Below, piece after piece: positions 36,949-48,590 of a stretch of DNA of 64,000 nt. Positions within the stretch are counted from its first letter, which is position 1, and each line of letters begins with the position of its first letter. The notes beneath the pieces were generated by a model. That model ran no database searches, had not been told where the DNA came from, and saw nothing but the letters and a program-made list of their open reading frames with translations. The position numbers and the translations under genes were made by a program. The stretch covers positions 7,688,001 through 7,752,000 of the forward strand of contig OU015567.1 in the NCBI GenBank assembly GCA_907165135.1, read 5' to 3'. Origin of the DNA: Oikopleura dioica. Taxonomy: Eukaryota > Animalia > Chordata.

Positions 36949-38094
36949 ATGAAACTCTTTCCCGCGCTCGTTTCCACCTTTCTTGCTGCAGAAACTTGCA
37001 GGTTTACAAGCGAATGAATACGCAGCGAAATTCTCCTTTTAGTGAGAAATCTTCTTGCGATGATTTGAAAAAGTACGAGCGCGTAGAAGCGGGCAACTTT
37101 GCGCGAGTACAGTCTCATGTGAACATGAAAAAATGGGGCAACTTATTTGGAATCAACAAGTTCTTTCACATGCGAAAGGTTTCAGGACCAGAGGATCCGA
37201 TTCCGAGGCCGAACGCGGACACGCTTTACTCGATCGGGGTCATTGATCTTTCTGCTGGACCAGTTGGACTTTCGGTTCCAGATGTTGGCGACAAGTACTT
37301 CTCCGTCACGTGTTATGATGAAGATATGTACATCACCGCGTACGAAACTGCTCCTGCGCAGTTTAAACTGAAGGACGACGATGAGATGAGTCGATATCAA
37401 GTTTGTGCGCTTCGTATAGCCGTAAACAGTAAAGAAGAGCTTCCTGAATTACACAAGATGCAAGACGAAGCCAAAATCTTTAGTCCTCAAGGTAACTCTT
37501 TCTAAAGCCTTTTTCCTGAGTTATAAATAAGAATCGTACCCGCCAATCGATTTGCCAGATTATGATCAAGAGCAGTACAAAATTGTTTACTCCAATTTGC
37601 TCACTCTTTCCCATCAAATGTCTGAGCTCGGCGATGCATACGCTTTCAAAGGCCAAAAGGATGATATTTCACGAATGCTTGGTGCCGCTGCAGGGTGGGG
37701 CGGTCTTGGAACTTCTATGGCCAAGTATGAAGGCGGAACTGTTCAAATCAACGATGGCAAGACCGAGTATATGATCAAAGTCGTCGGAGAGGTACCAACT
37801 GATTGCTTTTGGTCCGTTACAACTTACAAGGAAGAGTAAGATTCTAAAAAATCTTTTCCACTAGTCGAGTTATTTAGCCGGCTGACATACGGCATCAATA
37901 ACATCAATTCCAACAACTTGAAACGCGACAAAGATGGCAACGTCGTCATCATCTTCTCAAACAACCACACGGACGAGTCAGCCAACTATCTCAACATCGA
38001 GGAAAACTGGAACTACATCGTTCGAATTTACGAGCCAAAAGCGCCTGTGCGTGATGGAAGCTGGAAATTTCCTGAGCCAGTTCTTTACCAATAA
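36949..38094 (+). CDS. DUF1254/DUF1214-domain secreted protein (340 aa), 4 exons
   Basis: Signal peptide MKLFPALVSTFLAA; DUF1254 motif RPNADTLYSIGVIDLSAGPVGLSVPDVGDKYFSV; DUF1214 motifs FWSVTTY, KRDKDGNVVIIFS, WNYIVRIYEP...DGSWKFPEP. GT-AG introns 37002-37042, 37492-37531 and 37836-37877 all keep frame. Confidence 0.88.
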
Positions 38095-41000
38095 ATATTT
38101 GGCCATTATTAAATCAGTGTTGTTGACAGTTGTGGGTTAGAAACTTGTTTTAAAAATCGGATTTTCATTTCATCAACCATTCATCTCATTTGGCTAGACA
38201 TTCGACACGTGACCTTGAAGGTTCACATTGTGAACTCATTAAAATGAAATCTAGCCGATCTATTCTAGCGCAAAGAGTATAAACATGTAAAAATCAGGCT
38301 AAAACCTCTTGTAGGAAGTGTTCTGACACTATCTTATCAGTATCAATCTTTCCAAATGCGGTTTCTACTCTTAAACGTACTCGGATTGGTATTTTCCTTT
38401 CTCCATAAGTGCAGGGTTGAGAAAAGAATGAGGTATTTGAGCCTCGGAACTGGTAGTTGGAATATAAGCCTTAGTCCGTCACGCTGGGTTAAGAAAAAAG
38501 GTTCCGCTTTTTTCGAAATACCAGCTCAAAATACAACACCACGTATGTTACAGTAATCGCTCTTTTCGAGCCTTTTGGACACATGAAACCGGAAGAGCAA
38601 ACGAACACGTACACGAGAAATGCTTTAAAAGATGGGACTGGCATTTGAGCGTTTATCTGAGGCGATTATCCGGCTGATCGTGGGGCGACCGCGCGCATCA
38701 CCCACCGCTCGTGTTATCGCCAGTCCAGCCCTGTTATCGGGGATTTAGCAGGGATCCCGCTGGATTTCTATCTTCAGAACACTTCTACCCGCTGGTTTTA
38801 ATACTTCTTGGATACGTCTTGCTTTACAATTCTCGTCGATGCTCCAATTTTCAAGCGAAATCCAGCATTTTTATGATACGGTAAATAATAACCCAGTCAT
38901 ATCTTTCCCTCTCCTCATTTTGCTACTAACAAATGGTCTTCGTTTCCGAAGGGCCACTTTGTTTTTACAAAATCACCACTCGGGCAGGTGCTGATTTGGG
39001 AAATGCTTTCCTTTGCTTTTGCGAAAGAAAAAATGTAAATCCAGAGTTTACTAATCATTTCGTCTATTACCAAAACAATAAAATGAAAGTTGCTCTGGAA
39101 TTTGGAAAGTTATGTTTTCGCTGTTTTGGCAACAGCACTTGCCGCGCCGGCCGTCTTTCTTGTTGCACCGCAAGCGGAAGCAGTTATGATTTACAAAAAT
39201 CAAGCGAAAGTAAGCACCTAAAGGCGCTTTTTCGGTCTTAGAGCCTAAGCCACCTGAAAGTCTACGCTTTCAAAACTGCGCACTTTTCGAACGAGCTGGA
39301 GTTTACTTTTCTAAAAGACACGTGACATTGATTCTCCTTTTTATCCTTTCTAAAATGTAGCAATATTCTTGACACCCCGGCAGAACGCGAAAGCAAGCTA
39401 CCACAAGAGCTTATGTTTTAGATAAATAAAGAATTTTTAGCCAATTTGTCAAAAATTCAGTACCAACCGGCGGTGGCATTTAGCTCGTTGATTTTGAGAC
39501 TAAACAGAGACACCGCTAAGATTTATCCAAAATCAAAAGCCGAAATAACAAATGGACGTCTTTTTTAACTGCCGTAGTTGACGATTTTTAATTTAAGATT
39601 TTTGAAATTTCGATTTTGATAGAGCTTGAAATCTCTAATCGCTCGATTGGATCAAAATAAATCAAATAAAGCGAATGATAAATTCGCGCTCCTGTGAAAA
39701 TACGAATTTAGCAAGTAAAAAATCTGCGCGTGGAATGGCGAATTTGGTTATTTTAACAAAGAACTGGATCAAGTATCGGCCCGGAATCTGATTATGCGAC
39801 GGCCGTCACCATAATGTAAAACTGGCGGCACCTGCCACTTCGCCCTGAATACAAAATCAACCGCTCGCCACTTGTGGACTCGTCTTTTTTAGAATATCTT
39901 TTAAAAATCAACACTTATGCATTCTTACCGTAGTTATTGTTAGACAGGCCTTTTTCGTAGACAGTTTGAATAAAAGTTGGATTCTGAATATTTTTATAGT
40001 AATTTTATTTTTGACTAAAACTTGATAGACTCCAATCTTCGTCCGAATTTATGAAGAAGATTGAAGAAAACACCCTTTGTATTCGTTTTTTATCGTCCGA
40101 AACCCCCGAAAATGTACCTAACAACTTTACCATCGATCGAAAATTATTCTTTCAAGAAGAATACGGATAGCTTCTTCAAAGAGAAAGAAGAAGAGAGGGA
40201 ACATGACGATTATCACGACAATGGGATACTGGTTCATCCCGATGACATTTCTCCTTTGTAGTGGAGCCGTCTTGGTAAGAGAACTTGTTGAAAGGCCGAG
40301 ATATATTTTCTTAGTTTGCGTTACGCCTGGTCTACAAAACCCACAAGCAGGTTTGTGCAATTTCTAAGTATTTGCGAGTTTATGAGAAAATCTGGGGCTA
40401 GAATTGATGCAATTACTCTTGAATATTCGCGGTGAATTTAGCGTCTAAATTTTAGACGAACGAGCTGCTGCTGTTGAATTATGCCAATTATTTGAGCAAA
40501 GGATGTCGAATTCCGCCGACAGCAAAAGTGCTTCGCGTTTTTAAATTTTTGGCATTTTCCCAAGCACAAACTCAGATTCGCACAGAAAGACGGCGACTTA
40601 CAGTAAGTTTTAAAAACTAACAGTCAGTTTTGGAACTTCTACGAAGGAAACCGCGTCCAAGTTCAATATTTGCCCATGTCAAAGTACAAGATAAAAAGTG
40701 ATGGCTTGCAAAAATTTCGAAAAATAGGAGACCGGAAGTATTTTGGGATTCTAATGATAACATGCATTATTTGCATAGCAATTACGGGTGAAAGTTTTCC
40801 CAGGTCAAGCCAAGTTCATTTATCCGGGTTTTATCATATCGTGTTTTTTATCCGGGCATTTTTATTCTCGAAATTTGAGAGTCTTTAAATTAGACTTTGA
40901 ATTATTGAGACATAAAAATTTTAAATGAAGGCATAAGTAAAGGTTGATACTTTTTGATAGCCTTGAAAATAAGATGAATTTATAATTTTTCTTATAAATA

Positions 41001-41780
41001 AGGCTCTCATGAGGGACTTAGGGTTCATTGTAAGCGCTTTTACAGTTGTTAAATCATTAACTATTATCATTATGTACTGAAACATTATCCTTCTTGCCAA
41101 GAGCTAAAGCTAAAAAGCTTTTGACGCAATAAGAAAGGTCTTGTTAAACAAGAAAGACACTCTGTGTTGTCCCCTTTTCTTTTAAAAATTATCTCTGAGG
41201 CGTAAAAGCTAATTTAATTCCTTTGCTGACGTTTGAAGACTAGTTCATGTTAGCATTATCTTATCTTTAGTTTACTACTCTTATCTGCTAGAAAACATAT
41301 CAACTAGAGATCCTCTTTTGAAAAGTATCCAGAACATTTTGTTAAAAACAAATATTTCGATGATAAAAAGGTTCTTGGTGGAAATTACGGTGTCTTTGAA
41401 GCAAATTGCGACGCGCGGGCTCGAGCATTCCTTTGAAAATGATTCTGGGAAAGACATTAGTGCTCTGTAATGATGATGGCTGCCGTTCCGTTTCTCACGC
41501 GCTTCCTTCCAACCTTCCCAAAAAATGATAGAACATCTCGAAAGTGGCGAAATTTTGAGAGGAAGGAGGCGACCGCCGACCGCGTAAAATCAAGATTGTC
41601 GGAATTGCGGACATTGCCACTAATTCTAGTTATATGAGAATTATTGCGCCGAATTAGCTATTTCATAAGTCTCCTTTTTTTCTTCGCGGTTTTGAGGGTT
41701 CGCCCTTGGATATTGCGTTCTGACTGAAAATTTTATGAGGAAGCAGAAGTTCTGATATCGATACATATGTTTTTATAAAA

Positions 41781-42327
41781 TTGGAAATGATAGGTTTGAA
41801 GTCACTTATGATAAAATTGAGGGCGCGGGGGGAAGCACTCGCAGACCAAAGTGTTCTCTCTCATTTGCCGACTTATCATCCCCTCGCCGGCTTGTCCAGC
41901 TTCTACAGTAATTTCGCTAGGTTGAGCAGCTACTACTCACGTAAATGTAAATATGTTTCTGCCAATATGAGAGTAGCCCTTGAGCAAGCGCTGATTGAAA
42001 AGCGATACGACGATGGCCTCCACTTGTACACTCCAAACTACTCGGACAAGAGGACTTTTAAAAACATCTGCACTTGGGAATCTAAAGTTTCTCCAGATTT
42101 TCACTATTTGGATAGACTATCCAAACCAATAAAAGAAATCTATAAGCACTCTTGTTTCAAGCTATGGAATCTCTTTCCAGCAACAGTGGAAGTGACAGTG
42201 CTGATGTCGATGAAGCTATGGCAGAGGTAAATTATTAGATCAATCTTCGTTTCAAGTTGAAAATTTACTTTAAAATTAAGGAAGCGGATGCCGATGATGC
42301 TGATAACAACTGCTCCAACTGTTGATT
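41781..42327 (+). CDS. Unknown multi-exon protein with acidic C-terminus; boundaries uncertain
   Basis: ORF 41781-42230 plus downstream exons NSGSDSADVDEAMAE|EADADDADNNCSNC*, with a GTAAAT…TTAAG intron and a probable GC-AG intron. Confidence 0.4.
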
Positions 42328-43008
42328 AAATCATCTTGATATTCTAATAAAAATAAGTCGTTTGTTCTAATGTGACTTACTGTACCGAGTAGAATTACTG
42401 TCCAGAGATTACTTACAAGACAAAAAGACTTGCAGACCATATCCGATAATCGTTTAGGTCACTACGTACTCTCTTGATGAATTTTTAATAAAGTCTTTGG
42501 CCAAATATAAATGCGGAAATCTGAGCACAAAACTAGACAGTAACAATGAGAATACAAAAAGGGTTCGTTCTGGTACTTTTTAATATTTTCAGGAACAGAT
42601 TGATGAATTTTTTTTGACTTGAAATCGAAGTTTTTATTCATGCTTATGAATAGAAATTATTTAAATCTGAGAAAGCATTGTTCTTTGCAAATTTCAGCGA
42701 GTCGGGCTTCATGGAATGTATAACAAGGTATGGATGTATCATCAAAGTTAATGGTGAGCTTTAAATTAATCTAGCAACCGGGGAAAATGGTCCGAAGGCG
42801 GGAAGGTCAAGTAGCCTGGAAACATCATTCGGGCAACAACAATGCAAATCAACAACAACAAGACGACGCTCTGGTCCTTTGGCCTTACAACTGGTTTATG
42901 CGAAACAACTACTTTCAATCTGAATAAAGTCCAAACAGAATGTTTCCATTTTCCTGAAACAAAACACCAAAATGCATAATTCACCCGGGTCTAATCGGTA
43001 ACTTCACC

Positions 43009-44792
43009 ATGGCCGCCATGTGGTGAGATTATAACTCAAGCGGCTGATCCATAATTCATTTCGCATCCAATCAGCTGATTATACAATCAACCCTTCGTCT
43101 TTTTATTTCCACCCGGGAAATTACTTTTTTATTTTCCGTTTTTATTTTCCCCATGCGAACAGTGACGATACGTCTCTGTACTCAGAGAGAAAAGTAGAAT
43201 ATTGCATCGAGGTCTGCACGACGCCTAAAGCGAGAGAAAGATTGATAAGTCGAAGATTAAGGCTTTCGACAGATGGAAAAGACAGTTTTTATACCGAAAT
43301 GTGTGGTGCAAGAATTCGAACTCAGTTATCGGCTTTGACAGACGACAAGGGGCGCAGAATATTTATTCTGAATTAGATATTCGATTGCTTCGAAGATTAG
43401 AACGATTTTTTAGACAAAAATAAAGTGAAGCCGACATAAGAGAGAACAAAAAATACTTCGAAGCCATAAGGTTTTCTATCAAATAAATTAATGGCGACCT
43501 ATTAATTAGCCACAAAACAAAATTAATCAAATTCAGAGAAGAAGATTCATTAGAGATCCCTCCCGACAGGCTAGAAAAGATGGACGAAGATCCAGAATAC
43601 TGGGAAAAGTACAGCTGGAATAATTTATTTTACTACCGAAGTTTAAGTCCAAGCCGACACTTCAGGTACAGCAAAGTATCTACGTGCATTCTATTTAAAA
43701 ATTAAGCGGCCACTTTAAAGCAACGCACGTCTTTTTTATCGCAGCCGTTAAGTGATCCTTTTCGGAGGACTTATGATGAAAATTCAGATATCACGTGCTC
43801 ATATCGGTGATATGGATGTTTCTTGGGGGCTTGATTTTAGGTTCCAAGACTTTCCATTTGATATCTATCGAGCCGATCGCGTGTGGTTTCTTGCTCTTGT
43901 GCTGCTCGATTCTTGCGGTAAGGCGATTGACCACGAATCGCGAGCCACTTGAAATTGCGGATTTTAGTTCTCCCTCAAGTCTCCAAAAGCGACCATAATT
44001 GTTTCTGTTCTTGGAGCAGGTATTGGGTTGCCTTCTTTTCCTCTGCGGTCGATCCAAATTCATACAGTAAGAGGTCAACCGAGCAAGTCTTGTCCATTAT
44101 CATTCTGTGCCTTGTTGGAATGGTTTTTACGATCGAGCATTATAAAGTCGTCCAAATAACGAAAACTAAAACGAATACAGTTCCTCTTTGGTCTTTGATC
44201 TTCCTTTTCATGTCTTGCTTCATCGAGATTCTACTGCTATGCTCATCCTGTTCCGCAATTCTCAGGTGAGCGCGGTGCTAGTTTTCATAAGTTACGAAAA
44301 GTAGGTATTCAGACTCTGTTACCCGAATCCGCCTGTACAATCAACTCGCACGTGTCCAACATGAAAATCACCAGCCACGTGATCAACCCAAACAAGAGCA
44401 TATTTTTTATTTTCATTGCTTGAGAAAACAAATCCAATAAGCTCAGAACAACCCGTTCTTATTCAGTTATATGATCACAAAAACAAGATATTTGGCGATA
44501 TTCTTGATCACTGGAGTACAACCGATGATTCTTCCGATGATGACCAGGAAAGGTGCTGAATGATGCTCTAATAAAAAGAGATATCTGTAAGAAAGCATAT
44601 CTTCTCACTCTGTAACAGGAGGATCACGAAAAAATACACAAGAAAGACAACATTGATGATGTCAATGCTGCTGAGCAAGAAATGATGGAAGTCGACTTCG
44701 CAGCAGACGCGATGGAAATGGCCGAAATGGCTGACATGCAAGAGCAGGATGCTGAAATGGATATGGCCATGAACGAATTGGGCAATGAATAA
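43009..44792 (+). CDS. Unknown multi-pass membrane protein with acidic Met/Ala-rich C-terminus
   Basis: ATG GCC GCC ATG TG|gtgag start; exon-like stretches (EYCIEVCTTPKARERLISRR…, EDPEYWEKYSWNNLFYY); hydrophobic helices in 43949-44269; last exon EDHEK…MDMAMNELGNE*. Confidence 0.5.
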
Positions 44793-45247
44793 TTATTTTT
44801 GAGGATCTGGAAATATACTCTTCCTTGATATCAATTTTATACGCGATCTGAACGCATCAGACTGCATATTTTTTACCACATTTTTTGGTCTTTAAATTTT
44901 CCGTTTGAAAGGAACAGAGATTAATTATTAAAATAGCACTTATGTGAGCTACTTTTGAAGGGAAAAGGAAACAAATGTCTCATCTGCATGTTTTGAGTCA
45001 AAAGTTTTGACGCTTGAAACACGGTCTTATGATATCTTTAAATAAAATTTTATTTCTATCGAGTGATGGAAGTCAAAATGATAAATAAGGAACAATATTT
45101 GAAGACTTTTGACAGAAATTGTGGATTGAGGTTCGTTTCTGCTTAAAATACGGAAAGTAAAAGCTGAATTGGAAATGCGATTTCCACTTTGTGAACAGTA
45201 AGTTTGTACTTTGAAAACACCAATTCTAAAGATGAACTGAAGAAGAA

Positions 45248-46452
45248 TCATAATTCTGATGAGGCACAGTTGTTACCAAGCTCAAGGCGGATAGCTCGTA
45301 GATTCGATAAAGCATATGCTTGACAAAGCGCTAGAAAATCATTAGTTCAATCAATAATCGAACCATCTCACCGGCAGCAACGACAAAAATATGAAAAATT
45401 TGGTGGCTATGAAAGAGCAGGTCAAATTTTCCGGGCCAGACGCATTCGGGAAAGCGCGTTATGAAGAAGGAAACTCCGATGCCGTACAAGAGACCCATAA
45501 GAAGAAGTAGATGCATTTGACCATTTTCAATTGAGTGTTCCCATCCGTACTGCACAAAATAATCACATGTTTTTCTTCAAATATATTACCTTGTAAAGGG
45601 CGTGACTAAATGGGAAAATGCCCGTCAGTCCGAAAGAAGCAAAAAGCATTCCACGGAAAGTTCTGTATTTCGGAAGCTGAAATTTCTTGGAGAAACTGAC
45701 GCAGGTGCAAACCAATCCCAAGAACAGAATTGTGGACATGTAGACTAATTTCGTCGTCGGCTCGCAGTAGAAATTGTAGTAGACCCACGGAAGATACGAG
45801 CCAGTAATGAGAACAGCGATTCCAGTGTAATCTAGTCGCCCGCAGAGAAGACAGACATTTGGAGAGTGGCAACTGAAAACAACAAGAAATCAACAAACGT
45901 AAGAAATTTGCTTGCTTACCCAAACAAATGGAATGAAACCGAAAAGATGAGGCAGATAAAGGCACAACTGAAGAAAATGAGGCCGATGGATTTTTCCTCG
46001 ATTGGAGAAATGAATTCGCCGTTACTCTTCAGGACGTAGCTCAGAATGAGACCAAGGAATGAGACGGCGCCGAGGAGGTGAGACCAAATATTGCCGGTCT
46101 CGTTGTGGTACTGGAAGATTGTCTTCAGGCAGGTCTGAAAATACGCATTGTTTCTATATGATAAATTTTGGTGATTTACCCAAGAATCTCTCAGCTCCGG
46201 CCGGTAGAAGTCACGAATGTATTCATTGTCTTTCATCCACTCCGCCAGTTCCGTGTATTTCACCAGCTTTCCGTCCCATAGTTTCTCCTTGAGCGCCTTT
46301 GAAAATGAGCTTACTCTTTCTCGGATCTCCGTCGCATTTTCGCCGAGCTTTTCTGCCAGGCGCTCTTTTCTCTGCTTCAAGTCTTCTTTCACTTTTCCTG
46401 CTGATTCTTTTGATCGCTCGCGCACTTTTATTATTGCCTCTGAATTGGACAT
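45248..46452 (-). CDS. ADIPOR: Adiponectin receptor (PAQR family), multi-exon
   Basis: WMKDNEYI...HNETGNIWSHLLG, FSVSFHLF and FPECVWPGKFDLLFHSHQIFHIFVVAA are ADIPOR1/2 signatures. A further upstream exon (~46620-46712) is possible. Confidence 0.9.
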
Positions 46453-47518
46453 TTTAAAGTTGATTTCGGTCGTTAATTTTGGTATAAGGCTAACAAGTTA
46501 TTATTCTGTTAGATTGTAGACATCATGTTTATTGTAAGATGTTCAGCTGAATGTCTGACATTTCATTGTTTTCAAGTTTTTTGAGGATATTGTTTCTAAT
46601 GAAAGCTCTGCCCACCTTTGACTTCTTTTTTGACATATTGCTCTCCATTCTGTAGCTCTGCGGGAATCTCCTTGAGCAAAGGTCTGTAATTATGGTTCTC
46701 TCCTCTGATCATTTCTTTACGGATCGTTTTCGGGGAATAAATAAAAATGTGGTCTAGTTATTAATCACGTTCACGGCTCAATTGCCTGAGCTCAGGGCGC
46801 GTAAATAGAGACGTATTCAGCGCTTTTTATCCGAAATTGAAAAGAATCGAAACCGAGCGCCGAATTCAGCCTAACAAAAGCTTACATCAATATTGCTCAA
46901 CGTAATTACTAAGAAAAAAAGAAACGTATAAAACGACCAAAAATGTCCAACAACATTTCTTTTCACCTTCCTTATTCACTTTTTATATGATCTTACCTGA
47001 GTCATATTAAGTCAATATGTATTTTTGAACCATTTCCTGTCATTACTCGTCGTATTTCTATTCGTATCCATATTAATTAATAATTCTTCTCTTCGTAGAG
47101 TTTCTTCATAAAATTGCTCTTTCAGTGTATAGTTCGTTAGACAGTAAACCAATTCGACCGTCTGAATCTGGCCTGATCCAATCGTATCACAACCGGGTCA
47201 AAGGTCAGGCAAACAGTTGCTACTTGCTCACGAGTTTGACTTGGAAAAAAAGGAAAATTCTTATAACAGGGAATTTCTTGGGGGTAGGTTGGTGGCGCTT
47301 ACCCCGAGGGCGACTGGAAGGTTCACAAAATAACGGAGTCTTTGGTTGATTCTCTGCTTGATTCTGACTCGACATTTATTTTGGGGAGCCATTTTGCGGT
47401 TATATAATATCGCGCGATATTCATGCATCATCGCAGGGCATGCAATAAACAACTCGATTGAACTCGACCTTGTCAGTAAGGTCATATCATCTGACAGTAA
47501 TCAATGATCATTTTGGTA

Positions 47519-48381
47519 CTTTTTTTTATTTTTGATATATACATCGGATGCATTTTTAATAGGGAGAATAACGGGCAGAAGATGAAGAAACTAGTGGCGG
47601 CAAAGGAGTGTCTTCTTCAGTCGGGATGAAAGGAAAGCACGAAAGGGCGTTGGAGAGATCAGGGTATTGCTCGAAATACTGGTATTCTGGACTTGCTGTC
47701 TGAAGAGGAGGAATTTGCGGGAAACAATTTGGATCTTGAGTCAATGATGAATTCGGGGAGCCATAGCCAGAAGAACCGTAGGAATAGCCACTTTGATCCA
47801 AGGACGAAGTTGGCGAAGAGTAGAAATTTGCACAGTTCTGATCGTAAACAGTTGGTCCAGGAGTTGCCAGAAGTTCGAGAAGATTTTCAATATGCTCAAT
47901 CGCTCCTTGAAGAGTTTCGCATTTGGACTTTTTCTTTCCTTTCCACTCGCCGTTCGGGATGACTTTGCGGAGAGCGTCGAAAGCTTCGTTCATTTCTTTT
48001 TGTCGGGCGCGTTCTTGGTCGTTTCGGCGGAGAATGGCTTCTGGAGATCGGTATTGCTTGCGTTTGCCTGACTTGGTGAAGAGGATTTTTCCAGTCATGG
48101 TGATTTTTGCTTTTTGTTGTTGTTTGTTGTTTAGATTTTTGATTTGATGATCGTCTGCTCTCAACTGACCGTTTATATGGAACCTGTACTCATTGGCGCC
48201 TAAGTGCACCTTGTAGATGAAATTATGATGAAAGCACAAGGTGTCTGTTGGTGCACCTTACCAGCTGCTAGTCTGCGCGCGGATCATAAGAGACAACTAA
48301 TTAATGCACCTCATGATTTGCAGCTGTCTTAGCAAGTCCACCTAAGATTTGGCGATAAAGAAGAGATTCGTAACGAAAATA
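47519..48381 (-). repeat. Segmental duplication unit B (inverted copy of 8876-9735)
   Basis: Direct manual alignment. Confidence 0.95.
47556..48098 (-). CDS. Achaete-scute-like bHLH, 180 aa; copy 2
   Basis: Same protein as 9156-9698 except 4 substitutions outside the bHLH (Y/F, Q/P, M/I, H/P). True ATG at 48096-48098; the ORF track extends upstream into the promoter. Confidence 0.85.
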   Translation of the reverse strand: MTGKILFTKSGKRKQYRSPEAILRRNDQERARQKEMNEAFDALRKVIPNGEWKGKKKSKCETLQGAIEHIENLLELLATPGPTVYDQNCANFYSSPTSSLDQSGYSYGSSGYGSPNSSLTQDPNCFPQIPPLQTASPEYQYFEQYPDLSNALSCFPFIPTEEDTPLPPLVSSSSARYSPY

Positions 48382-48590
48382 ACCCCCGAACATGCATAAT
48401 ATCAGAGACCTGCGGTTGTCATGTCTCCTGTTTGTCTCTGTGAAAAATTTCAAAGGCAATAAAACGCAGCGGAAATCATTGATAGGCAGTGATATACTCA
48501 TGATTTGAGTCGATAATTGACCAGCTATCGCATCAATAAATGCACCTGTTAAATATAAAAGCTCGTTAGATTTCTTAATTTCATTAAAAA

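Noticed and set aside
41230-41255. miR-7-like sequence TTGAAGACTAGTT
   Set aside because: Seed mismatch and no precursor hairpin.
41781-42230. Possible LINE ORF2 3' remnant (SCFKLWNLFP resembles the KLWNSLP motif)
   Set aside because: No RT motifs or poly-A/tandem tail; the motif probably lies in a short GC-AG intron, and downstream spliced exons indicate a host gene.
47556-48239. 227-aa N-terminally extended bHLH isoform
   Set aside because: The extension runs through the TATA box and promoter, and the equivalent frame is not open in copy 1.
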